Shown here in pieces: positions 31,043 through 41,527 of a stretch of 64,000 nt of DNA. The stretch comes from Nitrospirota bacterium (GTDB taxonomy: Bacteria > Nitrospirota > Thermodesulfovibrionia > Thermodesulfovibrionales > UBA9159). The notes beneath the pieces were generated by a model. That model was not told the DNA's origin. It ran no database searches and saw only the letters and a program-made list of their open reading frames with translations. The stretch is from NCBI GenBank assembly GCA_963699545.1, contig CAVOUE010000003.1, positions 352,001 to 416,000 on the forward strand, in the 5' to 3' direction. The translations under genes and the position numbers were made by a program. Position 1 is the first letter of the stretch, and each line of letters starts with the position of its first letter.

Positions 31043-31750
31043 GTGCGCATGAAGGAAAACATTGTTGCCATAGTGCCGGCGGCTGGCCTGGGAACGAGGT
31101 TCAGCCCCGGTACCAATAAGCCCTTCCACATGCTCCTTGGCAAGCCTCTCATCGTCTGGTCCCTTGAGATCCTCGAGATGCTTCATGAGATAAAGGAAAT
31201 AATCCCCGTGCTGAAGGAGTCCGACCTGGAGACAGGTGTGGAGATCTTTGAGCGCCACAGCCTTTCAAAGGTAAAGAGGATCGCCCCAGGGGGAAAGGAG
31301 AGGCAGGATTCGGTATATAATGGCCTGAAGCTTGTTAAAGACAGGTCAAGCGTAGTGCTCATTCATGATGGCGCGAGGCCCCTTCTCGATGGCGCTATGG
31401 TGAAGACCGCTCTCAGCGCTCTCCCGGGTTTTGACGGCGTGATCGCAGGTGTTCCGGTAAAGGACACCATAAAGGAAGTGCAGGACAGCGTGGTGAAGAG
31501 AACGTTAAGACGTGAGACGCTGTGGGCTGTCCAGACGCCGCAGCTCTTCCTTTATGATTCCCTCATGAAGGCATACGATGCAGCGATGGAAGAGAATTTT
31601 TATTCGACTGACGATGCTGCGTTGCTGGAACGAAGCGGGGGCAGGGTCAGGGTGGTTATGGGGTCGTATTCCAACATAAAGGTCACCACGCCGGAGGATA
31701 TACCCTTTGCAGAACAATTGTTGCGGGAGAGGATGAAGCCCGGAGAATGA
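31043..31750 (+). CDS. ispD: MEP cytidylyltransferase
   Basis: AAGLGTR, RQDSV, IHDGARP, QTPQ. Confidence 0.95.
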   Translation: MRMKENIVAIVPAAGLGTRFSPGTNKPFHMLLGKPLIVWSLEILEMLHEIKEIIPVLKESDLETGVEIFERHSLSKVKRIAPGGKERQDSVYNGLKLVKDRSSVVLIHDGARPLLDGAMVKTALSALPGFDGVIAGVPVKDTIKEVQDSVVKRTLRRETLWAVQTPQLFLYDSLMKAYDAAMEENFYSTDDAALLERSGGRVRVVMGSYSNIKVTTPEDIPFAEQLLRERMKPGE

Positions 31751-32223
31751 GAATCGGTATCGGGTATGATTCCCACAGACTTGTTGCGGGGAGGAAGCTC
31801 ATTCTGGGAGGCGTCGAGATCCCCTTTTCTCGGGGGCTTCTGGGCCACTCCGACGGCGATGTGCTTTGCCATTCCATCATTGATGCCATCATAGGCGCTT
31901 TGGGAATGGGTGACATCGGGACGCATTTTCCGGATTCGGACCCGAGATGGAAGGATGCTTCAAGCGTAGAAATGCTGAAATACATCGTTGAACTCGTTCG
32001 TGCCGGAGGTTATGAGGTAACATGGATAGATTCCATAGTGATAGCTGAGAAACCAAGACTTGCGCCATACATAGAGTCAATGAAAGCGGCAATCGGAGAG
32101 GCGTCCATCCCTCCGGGAATCGTCAGCATCAAGGCAAAGACGGAGGAAGGCATGGGGTTTGTGGGCCGTGAAGAAGGGATGGCGGCGCATGCGGTCTGCC
32201 TGTTGAGGAAGAAAAGGCTCTGA
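31747..32223 (+). CDS. ispF: MECDP synthase
   Basis: GYDSH, GHSDGDV, GDIGTHFPD. Confidence 0.95.
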   Translation: MRIGIGYDSHRLVAGRKLILGGVEIPFSRGLLGHSDGDVLCHSIIDAIIGALGMGDIGTHFPDSDPRWKDASSVEMLKYIVELVRAGGYEVTWIDSIVIAEKPRLAPYIESMKAAIGEASIPPGIVSIKAKTEEGMGFVGREEGMAAHAVCLLRKKRL

Positions 32224-32448
32224 TCCCACAGTACTATGTTTGTAATTGAGCCGATAACCCTTTCGGAGAAATTCAAAACAGGCGCTCTCTCCTCTTGTTA
32301 CGTGACTGCAACGAACTTCCTCCAGGCTGCACTCAGGGCTGCTTAACCGAACTCCAGTGAAATTTTTCCTCAGTGGTCGCCGGTTGCATATGACCCGGAC
32401 GGTGTAAAATCTGCTAACGTGTACGGTAATATATATAAGGATCATTGT

Positions 32449-34326
32449 ATGATTACTGATTCTCACTACGACGTGATTGTGATTGGGGCAGGCCACGCAG
32501 GGTGTGAAGCTGCCCTTGCAGCCGCACGAATGGGTATGGCGACCTGCATGTTCACCATGAACCTCGATACCATTGCCCAGATGTCCTGCAATCCTGCCAT
32601 CGGAGGTCTCGCAAAAGGCCATCTGGTAAGGGAGATAGATGCCCTCGGTGGAGAGATGGCAAAAAATACCGACAGGGCAGGGATTCAGTTCAGAATGCTC
32701 AACAGGTCAAAGGGACCTGCGGTGTGGTCCCTGAGGGCACAGGCAGACCGGGTACTTTACAGGCTTTCCATGAGAAGGGTGCTGGAATCCCGGAAGGACC
32801 TTTCCATAAAGCAGGCACTCATCGAGAAGGTCATAGTCGAAGATCGAGAGGTTAAAGGTGTTTCCACGTCCCTGGGCATCTTTTATGGGGCAAAGGCGGT
32901 CATCGTGACGACCGGGACCTTCCTCAAAGGATTAATCCACATAGGCCTTGACAGTTATCCCTCCGGGAGGGCAGGAGAGTTCCCGTCGGTGGGGCTTTCC
33001 GATTCCCTGAGAGAGCTGGGGCTCAGGATAGGCCGGCTCAAGACAGGAACGCCTCCAAGGCTCGATGCAAACACCATCGATTTTTCAAGAACGACACCCC
33101 AGTTCGGTGATGATCCGCCGCTTCCTTTTTCGTACAGCACCGCACGGATCACCAATCCGCAACTGCCCTGCTATATCACCTACACGAACAATGAAACCCA
33201 CAGGATAATCCGTGAAAACCTCGACCGTTCCCCCCTTTACAGCGGCAGGATAAAATCCATTGGTCCCCGATACTGTCCCTCGGTAGAGGACAAAGTGGTG
33301 AGATTCTCTGAACGGGAAAGGCATCAGGTATTCCTGGAGCCTGAAGGCCTGGAAACGAAGGAGTACTATGCAAACGGCATATCCACGAGTCTTCCCTATG
33401 ACGTGCAGGTGAGGCTTGTGAGGTCTATCCCGGGGCTTGAGGAGGCCGAGATAATGCGACCTGCCTATGCGATCGAGTATGACTTTGTCTATCCAACGCA
33501 GCTGAAGCACAGCCTCGACACAAAAGCGGTGAAAGGGTTATTTCTTGCCGGGCAGATCAACGGTACATCAGGCTATGAGGAGGCTGCAGCGCAGGGTTTG
33601 ATGGCGGGCATAAACGCAACCCTGCACATAAAAGGGGAGGAACCGTTGGTCCTCGGAAGGCACGAAGCATATACCGGTGTTCTGATCGATGACCTGGTCA
33701 CCAAGGGCACGAACGAACCATACCGGATGTTTACCTCTCGGGCTGAGTATAGGCTTCTCCTGCGTCACGACAATGCTGATTCGCGATTAATGGAGGAGGG
33801 ATACCGCATCGGCCTGCTCGATGAATCATCATACAGGAGATTCTGCGAAAAAAAGGAACTCATGGAAAGGGAGGCATTGAGGCTGAAGGGCACGAGGCTG
33901 AAGCCTTCCATGATAAACGAGGCGCTGGTTGTTCTCAATACGGCCCCTGTAAAAGAAGATGCCGCGCTGGAACAACTTCTGAAGCGGCCTGAGATCGGCT
34001 ATGATTTCATAAACAGATTTTCTCCTCCGGAAGAACCGTTATCAGAGGATGTCTGCAGGGAGATCGAGATCCGGATCAAGTACGATGGCTATATCCGCAG
34101 GCAGATGGAGACGGCGCAGAAGCTCAAGAGGATGGATGAAAAAATGATACCCGAGGGCATTAACTATTCCTCTATCAGCGGGCTTTCAAAGGAGATCGTC
34201 TTGAAGCTGGAGGAGGTGAGACCGGCGAATATCGGTCAGGCAGGCAGGATCCCGGGGGTTACGCCGGCGGCTATTTCCCTGCTCCTGATAGCGATAGAGA
34301 AGGGCAGAAGGGCAAGAAAACCCTGA
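32449..34326 (+). CDS. mnmG: tRNA U34 modification enzyme MnmG (GidA)
   Basis: GAGHAGCEAA, SCNPAIGG, PRYCPS, GQINGTSGYEEAA. Confidence 0.97.
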   Translation: MITDSHYDVIVIGAGHAGCEAALAAARMGMATCMFTMNLDTIAQMSCNPAIGGLAKGHLVREIDALGGEMAKNTDRAGIQFRMLNRSKGPAVWSLRAQADRVLYRLSMRRVLESRKDLSIKQALIEKVIVEDREVKGVSTSLGIFYGAKAVIVTTGTFLKGLIHIGLDSYPSGRAGEFPSVGLSDSLRELGLRIGRLKTGTPPRLDANTIDFSRTTPQFGDDPPLPFSYSTARITNPQLPCYITYTNNETHRIIRENLDRSPLYSGRIKSIGPRYCPSVEDKVVRFSERERHQVFLEPEGLETKEYYANGISTSLPYDVQVRLVRSIPGLEEAEIMRPAYAIEYDFVYPTQLKHSLDTKAVKGLFLAGQINGTSGYEEAAAQGLMAGINATLHIKGEEPLVLGRHEAYTGVLIDDLVTKGTNEPYRMFTSRAEYRLLLRHDNADSRLMEEGYRIGLLDESSYRRFCEKKELMEREALRLKGTRLKPSMINEALVVLNTAPVKEDAALEQLLKRPEIGYDFINRFSPPEEPLSEDVCREIEIRIKYDGYIRRQMETAQKLKRMDEKMIPEGINYSSISGLSKEIVLKLEEVRPANIGQAGRIPGVTPAAISLLLIAIEKGRRARKP

Positions 34327-34560
34327 GAAGCAGACAGCAGACAATGTGATCAAATAGTATAATAAATGCGCAGGCCAGAAAGTCTCAGAATTTTTCTAAT
34401 CGACATGATGGTAATATGGCATACCTTTATCTATTTAATATCGAGGTCTTTCCAGGATCTTCCCTCAGGCTTTTCTCACAAGGTGTCGTACAAAAATTCT
34501 TCTCCTTCCTGGCTTGCGCATATTCTGATGCTGTCTGCCCCCACCTAGGCGAGTAAGCGA

Positions 34561-35348
34561 ATGCGCTCTGCAACATCGTCTCCTGAATCGCTTCTCAAAC
34601 TGGGACTGAAAGAGCTATCCCTGCCCTACGGTCAGGAGCAGGTCAGGGCGTTCATGACCTACCTCTCCGAGCTGAAGAAGTGGAACAAGGCATACAATCT
34701 CACCTCATTAAAGACGGATGAAGATATTGTCATAAAGCATTTCCTGGACTCGTTGCTCTATCTCAAAGCGATACCCCCCGGTGAAGTGAGCCTGGCGGAT
34801 GTGGGAAGCGGTGCCGGTTTCCCGGGGATTCCCATAAAGATCATCAGACCGAGATCTCGGTGTATCTTGTGGAACCGTCGAGGAAAAAGGCGGGCTTTCT
34901 GCGCCATATTATCGGCATCCTCGGACTTCAAGGGATCGAGGTCGTGGAGAGAAGGATAGAGGAGATCAAATCCCTGAAGGTCGACATTGCGGTGACGAGG
35001 GCCCTCTTTGACATCAGGGATTTTTGCAGGAAGGCCATCCCCCTCGTAAAGGAAGGAGGATGGCTTATGGTGAGCAAAGGGCCAAAGGTGAATGAAGAGC
35101 TGAAGGTCATGAAAGACATGGATTATGAGGTTATGGCCTTACCCCTGCCCCTTTCAACGATAACGCGTTTTATCGTTGTTGTCGCCAGGGGCGGTCTGGG
35201 GGAAGGGACGGCGGAGAAACTTCATTCAGCGACGTGCAACGATGCACGATCAAAGGACACCGGTATCTGCATGAACGCAGAATGCCGGTTGAGAAAAGCT
35301 GGGTGTAAAGGGTTTGAAGGGTGTCCCGGGTTCAAGGCAAGGGCTTGA
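34561..35348 (+). CDS. rsmG: 16S rRNA m7G527 methyltransferase RsmG (frameshift near 34850)
   Basis: WNKAYNLT, HFLDSL, DVGSGAGFPG, VTRA, KG motifs. Confidence 0.9.
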
Positions 35349-35361
35349 AGATCACCCGTTA

Positions 35362-35377
35362 TGTTCCACGTGGAACA
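35362..35377. promoter_or_regulatory. parS site
   Basis: Perfect palindrome TGTTCCACGTGGAACA. Confidence 0.92.
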
Positions 35378-35537
35378 TCTCTTGTTCTAAGATTTTCATA
35401 GCATTTCATATATTTATTGCTCATCTGCTGACGTAACGAGAGTTCTGCCGCACAAGCCACGGACGATCGACGATCCTTGACTTTACAGGAGTACTCGATA
35501 GAATGAGATATCATCAAGAATTCAGGAGGTATTGGAC

Positions 35538-35936
35538 ATGACAAGGGGCAAGAAAGTGAAACAGCTGAGTTTCACCCTGCCGACAAGGGCCGGACTGCTT
35601 TCGGATGTGACCGGTGCCCTTGCGAAGGCAAAGGTGAACATCACGGCCATATGCGCCTATGAGATGGCAGGCAACGCTTATTTCATGCTCACCACGGACA
35701 GCGTGGCTAAAGCCGGGAAGTGCCTTGCTTTCTTAAGGATCGGGCTCGAAGAGGAGGGCGTGGTCGTGGTGGAAATGCCGAACAAGGCAGGGGAGTTGCA
35801 GAAGGTGGCGAAAAGGATCGCGGATGCAGGGATCAATATCGACTATATGTATGGAACTGCGGCGACGGGAAGATCCTCAACATGTGTCTTCAAGACATCA
35901 GACGATACGAAGGCGATCAGGGTCATTAACAAATAA
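35538..35936 (+). CDS. Tandem ACT-domain protein
   Basis: KQLSF...AGLL, NKAGEL, GINIDYMYG. Confidence 0.85.
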   Translation: MTRGKKVKQLSFTLPTRAGLLSDVTGALAKAKVNITAICAYEMAGNAYFMLTTDSVAKAGKCLAFLRIGLEEEGVVVVEMPNKAGELQKVAKRIADAGINIDYMYGTAATGRSSTCVFKTSDDTKAIRVINK

Positions 35937-36314
35937 GACAGAAGAATTTCCCGGGAACAGGCCACCAAGAAGATTCACGGCTCACCGCACCTGCCGGCTG
36001 TGGAGCCTCCGACGCTGCGGTCCGCGGTGCGAGCAGATCGGCTACCTGTTCCATGCCCTTGCCCCGAAGCCTTCGGCTCAGTTACACTATCATACTACGA
36101 TGAGCATCAGATCCAACGCAGGAAACGCAGTCTGTTTTCATCTCGAAAAGAGGGTGATCGAGAGGATAAGCAAAGGGATTCCCATGGATAGAAGGCCTGA
36201 CCTCGTTATCTGGGTTTGCCATTTTCCTCTTGCCTCGCTGTCCGGTATTCAGTGCCCTGTGCTGAGCGCTGACTCCTCCTGCCCCCACAACGGTCCTTTC
36301 TGCATTAATTGAAT

Positions 36315-36330
36315 TGTTCCACGTGGAACA
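36315..36330. promoter_or_regulatory. parS site
   Basis: Perfect palindrome TGTTCCACGTGGAACA upstream of parA. Confidence 0.92.
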
Positions 36331-36636
36331 ATAAAGACATGCAAAGTGCTTAGACATTTTGTTCACGAGGCTCCTTACTTACAGGAGAGGTATCCGTCTC
36401 TCGGCAAGACAATAGCCCTTCTCGACTGTGCTGGAGTCTGTCATCTAAGAACAGTATATTTCTCATGTATTGTTAAGGTCCGCTCTTGCGGACCGACACA
36501 TAACCCGGGGTCTTGCCATTCAAGCCGGATACATCTCCCGAGTTCATGAATTATCAGCTATATGCACTATGCTCTTTGCTCTTAGCCCTGGAGGTCGCCT
36601 TGCCCTGGCACTGTGAACTCTGTTAGAATTACCGCA

Positions 36637-37416
36637 ATGGCCACTGTCATAGCCATCGTAAACCAGAAAGGCGGGGTGGGAAAGACCACCACCGCTATTA
36701 ATCTTGGGGCTTGCCTTGCGCTTGCTGAGAAGGATATCCTCCTTATAGATACGGACCCGCAGGGCAATTCGACCAGCGGGCTCGGCATAAGACGCGATGA
36801 TATAAGGAAAAGCCTGTATGATGCCTATGCAGGCAGGTGCGCCCCTGACGAAGCGGTCATGCCCAGTGAGATGCAGCATCTGGATATTATCCCTTCCACT
36901 GTGGATCTTCTCGGTGTTGAGGTAGAACTGGTGGGAAAAGAGGGGAGGGAAGGTGTGCTCTCCCAGATTATAACTGACTTAAAAAAAGAGTATAAATACA
37001 TACTTATCGATTGTCCTCCCTCTTTGGGCCTGCTCTCCCTGAACGCTCTTGTCGCTGCCGGTTCGGTGATTGTGCCGGTCCAATGCGAGTACTACGCTCT
37101 GGAGGGGCTCAGCCTTCTCACAAGGACCCTCCACCTCGTGAGGAATTCCTATAATCCTTCCCTTGAGATAAAGGGCATTCTTCTTACGATGTTTGACGCG
37201 AGGAACAGCTTGTCCGGACAGGTTGCCGAGGAGGTGAGAAAGCACTTTGGGGAGAAGGTATTCGACACCGTGATACCACGCAATGTGACCCTTGCAGAGG
37301 CACCAAGCTACGGCAAACCCATAATCTTTTATGACGTCCGCTCCACTGGAGCGCAGAGCTATCTTTCCCTGGCAAAGGAGATCCTGAATGAAAACGGCAT
37401 TGGGCAAGGGGCTTGA
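36637..37416 (+). CDS. parA: Chromosome partitioning ATPase ParA/Soj
   Basis: NQKGGVGKTT, DPQGN, DCPPSLG, EAPSYG. Confidence 0.96.
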   Translation: MATVIAIVNQKGGVGKTTTAINLGACLALAEKDILLIDTDPQGNSTSGLGIRRDDIRKSLYDAYAGRCAPDEAVMPSEMQHLDIIPSTVDLLGVEVELVGKEGREGVLSQIITDLKKEYKYILIDCPPSLGLLSLNALVAAGSVIVPVQCEYYALEGLSLLTRTLHLVRNSYNPSLEIKGILLTMFDARNSLSGQVAEEVRKHFGEKVFDTVIPRNVTLAEAPSYGKPIIFYDVRSTGAQSYLSLAKEILNENGIGQGA

Positions 37417-38224
37417 ATCCCTCCTCCCTGATAAGACCCAGGAAATAATCAACATAGACATCACCCGCATAATCCCGGGGAACCAGCAGCCAAGGAAGGT
37501 CTTTAAGGACACTGCCCTGCAGGACCTGGCTGCCTCCATAAAGGAAAGGGGAGTCCTGCAGCCCATCATCGTTTCGCGCACGGGGGACGGCACGTTCAGG
37601 CTTATCGCGGGGGAGAGGAGATGGAGGGCCTCATCGCTGGCGGGGCTCAAGAAGATACCTGCCATGGTGAAAGATGTTGCCTCTGCTGATTCCCTCGAGA
37701 TAGCGCTGATCGAGAACATTCAGCGGGAGGACCTTAATCCTGTGGAGACGGCGGAGGCCTTTCACCGCCTGATGAAGGACTTCAGTCTCACGCAGGAGGA
37801 GCTTTCCGCAAAGGTCGGGAAGGACCGGGCGACCGTAGCAAATTACCTTCGCCTCCTGAAGCTCCCCGACGAGATAAAGAGATTTGTCAATGACGGTTCA
37901 CTAAGCATGGGTCATGCCCGTGCCCTTCTCTCCGTTGAAGGGAGGACCAACCAGCTGGAGGCAGCGAGAAGGATAATCCATAAAGGTATGAGCGTCAGGG
38001 GGACCGAGACCCTGGCGAAGAAATGGAGCACCGGGGCAAAGAAGAAGATAGTTCACCACAAGAAGGACCCGCAGATAGAATCCCTTCAGGAGAAGCTTAT
38101 TCGCAGCCTCGGCACCAAGGTCCGCATTCACCATAAAGGGAAGAAGGGGAAGATAGAGATCGAATACTATTCCCTGGATGAACTGGAAAGGCTTCTGGAT
38201 ATATTGATGGGTGAGGGAAGTTAG
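37388..38224 (+). CDS. parB: Chromosome partitioning protein ParB
   Basis: ALGKGL, QPR, AGERRWRA, ENIQREDL. Confidence 0.96.
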   Translation: MKTALGKGLESLLPDKTQEIINIDITRIIPGNQQPRKVFKDTALQDLAASIKERGVLQPIIVSRTGDGTFRLIAGERRWRASSLAGLKKIPAMVKDVASADSLEIALIENIQREDLNPVETAEAFHRLMKDFSLTQEELSAKVGKDRATVANYLRLLKLPDEIKRFVNDGSLSMGHARALLSVEGRTNQLEAARRIIHKGMSVRGTETLAKKWSTGAKKKIVHHKKDPQIESLQEKLIRSLGTKVRIHHKGKKGKIEIEYYSLDELERLLDILMGEGS

Positions 38225-38495
38225 GAGCAAGAAGCGGACTTCCGCACCGCGTCTGTCACTCGAGAATACAATGAGGAAGCGATCCGGACTTTCAACCGTC
38301 GACAAGATAAACATCGTCTGTGTGGTTATCGGAGTCCTGATTGGGCTCTTGTGGGGGATCCCTTTTAGCCAATGGCTCTTCCCCGGCTCTCTGTGGGCTG
38401 CGGTCGTTGTGGTGTTGTGGTGCGGAGGGTTCGGCTACCTTATGGGGTACTTCGTAAATCTCATTTTTGTGTCCCGCAAGTTTCGCGACAGGTGA
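38211..38495 (+). CDS. Small membrane protein
   Basis: Two hydrophobic segments; start uncertain. Confidence 0.5.
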   Translation: MREVRSKKRTSAPRLSLENTMRKRSGLSTVDKINIVCVVIGVLIGLLWGIPFSQWLFPGSLWAAVVVVLWCGGFGYLMGYFVNLIFVSRKFRDR

Positions 38496-38513
38496 GAAAG
38501 GAGATTCTCAGGA

Positions 38514-39920
38514 CTACTTCCCGATACAGAACTCGCTGAATATCCTGTTCAGGATGTCTTCAGTTGTGACCGAACCGACGATCTCACCCAGTCTATCCAG
38601 CGCATCACGCATTTCCACTGCCACGATCTCGAGGGGCATTTTGGTGCTCAAGGCACCGGCTCCCCTATTCAACGCATCAACGGCGCTGTCAATAGCCATC
38701 TTGTGTCTGATGTTGGTGACGATAACTCCCGGACTTTCATCGAAAGGACTTCCCGGTTGTGGTTTCCCGGTTCTTGTCATGGCCAGGCGCAAGACCTTAT
38801 CTTTGAGGGAATCCAGTCCTGATCCGGTCTTCGCGGATATGTTCGCCGCATCTCCGGCATAGGCCCTCAGGGCGGTTTCGAGGTAGGGTTGAGCAGCCGG
38901 CAGATCCGATTTGTTTATCGCAACAATGGCTTTCTTGTCCGTGACCTTTTCAAGCACCGCCTTGTCTTCAGCATTCATGGGAACGCTCCCATCGAGCACC
39001 GCTATCACCACATCAGCATCATCCATTGCCCGGAGGCTTCGCACTACACCTTCCTTTTCAGCCATCTCATGGGCCTCTCGAATCCCCGCCGTATCCATGA
39101 TCCTCACCGGCAACCCCTGAATGTTGAGATACTCCTCGATCACATCTCTCGTAGTGCCGGCGGTCTCGGTCACAATGGCCCTGTCCCTGTTCAGGAGAGC
39201 GTTGAGAAGGGAAGACTTTCCGACATTCGGCCTTCCGACAATCGCTACTTTGAGCCCCTCCCTGAAGAAGCGGCCCTCCTCAAAGCTCTTCGAAAGTTCA
39301 ACAAGACCGTCCCTGATGTCCTGGATCTCGCCCAAGATACGGTCCAGCGAGGCGGGCGCAATCTCTTCTTCCGGAAAATCTATGTATGCTTCCACGTGCG
39401 CGCACACGGATGTCATCCTGTCCCTTAATCCAGTGATCTTTTCGGAAAGACCTCCTGAGAGCTGCTCCAGTGCGATCTTCGCTGCTTCTCCCGTTTTTGC
39501 GGTGATAAGGTCCATGACCGCCTCTGCCTGTGACAGGTCAATCCTGCCGTTCAGGAAGGCCCTTTTCGTGAACTCTCCCGGTTCAGCCAGCCTTGCTCCA
39601 TGCTGCAGCACGAGTTCAAGTACCTTTCGCACGGCAAGGGTGCCGCCATGGCAGTTTATCTCCACGACATCTTCCTTCGTGTAACTGTTCGGGGCCTTCA
39701 TAACGGACACGAGCACTTCGTCGATGGTTGTTCCGGCTGAAGGGTTCTTTATGAAGCCGTAGGTAAGGGTATGGGATTCCGATTCCTGGAGTCTTTTCCC
39801 TTTTGGAGATGAGAAGAGTTTCTCTGCGATCGGCAGGGTGTCTTTCCCGCTCAGCCGCACAATGCCGATTCCTCCCTCGCCGAGGGGAGTGGATATGGCT
39901 GCTATGGTGTCATCGAGCAT
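38514..39920 (-). CDS. mnmE: tRNA modification GTPase MnmE
   Basis: DTIAAISTP, GRPNVGKSS, GTTRD, C-terminal FCIGK. Confidence 0.97.
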   Translation of the reverse strand: MLDDTIAAISTPLGEGGIGIVRLSGKDTLPIAEKLFSSPKGKRLQESESHTLTYGFIKNPSAGTTIDEVLVSVMKAPNSYTKEDVVEINCHGGTLAVRKVLELVLQHGARLAEPGEFTKRAFLNGRIDLSQAEAVMDLITAKTGEAAKIALEQLSGGLSEKITGLRDRMTSVCAHVEAYIDFPEEEIAPASLDRILGEIQDIRDGLVELSKSFEEGRFFREGLKVAIVGRPNVGKSSLLNALLNRDRAIVTETAGTTRDVIEEYLNIQGLPVRIMDTAGIREAHEMAEKEGVVRSLRAMDDADVVIAVLDGSVPMNAEDKAVLEKVTDKKAIVAINKSDLPAAQPYLETALRAYAGDAANISAKTGSGLDSLKDKVLRLAMTRTGKPQPGSPFDESPGVIVTNIRHKMAIDSAVDALNRGAGALSTKMPLEIVAVEMRDALDRLGEIVGSVTTEDILNRIFSEFCIGK

Positions 39921-40026
39921 GCTGTATTATACCCAACAACGACAATCCCTTGACATAGGCCAGGAACATTGCTATCTTAAAGACATCTTATAGATAGCGA
40001 GGCTGGTTTGATAGGAGAAGAGGAAA

Positions 40027-40284
40027 ATGAAGACAATACCAAAATTCAAATCAGAAAAGGATGAGGCTGACTTCTGGGCGTCCCATGACAGCACAGACTT
40101 CCTCGGTAAAACTAAAGAGGTGAAGGTTAAGTTTGTACGGCCCAAAAAGAAACTGGTCTCGCTCAGACTTGATGAAAAGACCATTAAGGAACTGAAGAAG
40201 TTCGCGCAGAAGAAAGGCATTGGCTATCTCGAACTGGTGAGAATGTGGGTCCTCGAAAATCTCGAGAAGACAAAGGCCGCGTGA
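40027..40284 (+). CDS. CopG/BrnA-like antitoxin (no intact toxin partner)
   Basis: IPKFKSEKDEADFWASHD, VSLRL...KGIGY. Confidence 0.8.
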   Translation: MKTIPKFKSEKDEADFWASHDSTDFLGKTKEVKVKFVRPKKKLVSLRLDEKTIKELKKFAQKKGIGYLELVRMWVLENLEKTKAA

Positions 40285-40416
40285 TCCACATAGGCGTGAT
40301 TTTAGATGCTTTTTTGCCGGATCTCTTTTTGAATATGATATGTTGATAACGAAAACGGGGAAATCCGGAGGGCCGTATATTAATTGTTTGGCAGCTAAAG
40401 TAAGAAAGGAGATGCC

Positions 40417-40647
40417 ATGGCTATCCCAAATGATGAGATAATAAAAAAGGAGCTTCTTGATCTTCTTGCTCATACGCCTGGTGGCAGACTTCCTGTCCAT
40501 AAGATTTATGATGAACTTGCGAAATTACATCCAGAGTTGACCCGTCAAGAGTTAAACGATCCTTATCGTCATTCAAAAAGCATGTGGGCCAATAGGGTCC
40601 AGTTTGCAAGGCTTCACGGAAGAGACACGAGTAGACCCAGAGAATGA
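40417..40647 (+). pseudogene. Truncated Mrr N-terminal-like winged-helix gene
   Basis: MAIP...LLDLL...WANRVQFARLH, then an abrupt end. Confidence 0.5.
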
Positions 40648-40790
40648 CATGACTGTCCTTTGTTCAAATTGCCACAGAATGATTCACCGGAGGAAAAACA
40701 AACCTCTATCCCTCAACGAGTTGCGCATTCTGGTTAATATGCGCTGAAATATGCCAATAAGGATCCAATCAGGGACAACACATCTTCTTA

Positions 40791-41192
40791 TTACACAAAC
40801 AAGGCTTCAAAATCCCTTGGAGTTACGATCTTAATGCCCTTATAGCTCTTTATCTCCAGCAGATCAGAGTCTCCTGTCACAAGATAATCCGCCTTTGCCG
40901 CCACGGCGCAGGCAATAATATTGTCATCATCAGCATCCCGGCAAATGTCCGTGATTTTGAGGTTATGCTCAATGACTTGACTAATCGCTTCACTTATGGG
41001 TTCCATCGCCAAAGCTAATTCTTCATGCGAGAGCCGGAATTTCTTCGAGAGGATGCGCCTAAGTTCCTTCATGATAAACGGGCATGAAACGAGTGAGAAT
41101 TCGCCCATGCGCGCCCTGTGCAATAGTTTCGAGCAAATCCCTTCAGTGATAATTGCCGCAATCAGCACATTCGTATCAAATACGGCAATCAT
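40791..41192 (-). CDS. PIN-family toxin
   Basis: VFDTNVLI, CRDADDDNII, YLVTGDSDLL. Confidence 0.9.
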   Translation of the reverse strand: MIAVFDTNVLIAAIITEGICSKLLHRARMGEFSLVSCPFIMKELRRILSKKFRLSHEELALAMEPISEAISQVIEHNLKITDICRDADDDNIIACAVAAKADYLVTGDSDLLEIKSYKGIKIVTPRDFEALFV

Positions 41193-41407
41193 GATATCGC
41201 TTTGAACACATCTTCCTCACTGACTATGCCAAGCTTCTTTGCCTTTGGGCCGAGTTTTTTCTGCACTGCCTTGAGTTTCATTTCCCACAGGAACAGACTC
41301 AGGGATTCCTTTACGATATCACTCTTGTTGCGCCCGGTACTCCTGGCAAACCTGTCAAGTTCCTCGGACATGTTTTCCGGCAGGCTGACGGATAAAACTG
41401 TTCTCAT
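41189..41407 (-). CDS. Ribbon-helix-helix (CopG) antitoxin
   Basis: VLSVSLPE...RNKSDIVKESL; ATGA overlap with the toxin. Confidence 0.88.
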   Translation of the reverse strand: MRTVLSVSLPENMSEELDRFARSTGRNKSDIVKESLSLFLWEMKLKAVQKKLGPKAKKLGIVSEEDVFKAIS

Positions 41408-41418
41408 AATGCACCTCC

Positions 41419-41432
41419 TGTATTACAATACA
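41419..41432. promoter_or_regulatory. Palindromic operator of the RHH/PIN operon
   Basis: tgtatt-ac-aataca just upstream of the RBS. Confidence 0.55.
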
Positions 41433-41527
41433 CTACAATAATAAAAAGTGCAATTTTGCCCTTGTTCCTCTACATTTGTCGGAAGTTGGCCCAGGTCACA
41501 AAGGGCGTGACACTTATTCCACTGACT

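Noticed and set aside
32224-32448. Possible ncRNA or riboswitch between ispF and mnmG
   Set aside because: No recognisable conserved RNA motif by eye.
34326-36636. oriC in the large intergenic gaps around rsmG and parA
   Set aside because: I saw no cluster of TTATCCACA DnaA boxes and there is no dnaA gene; only the parS sites are supported.
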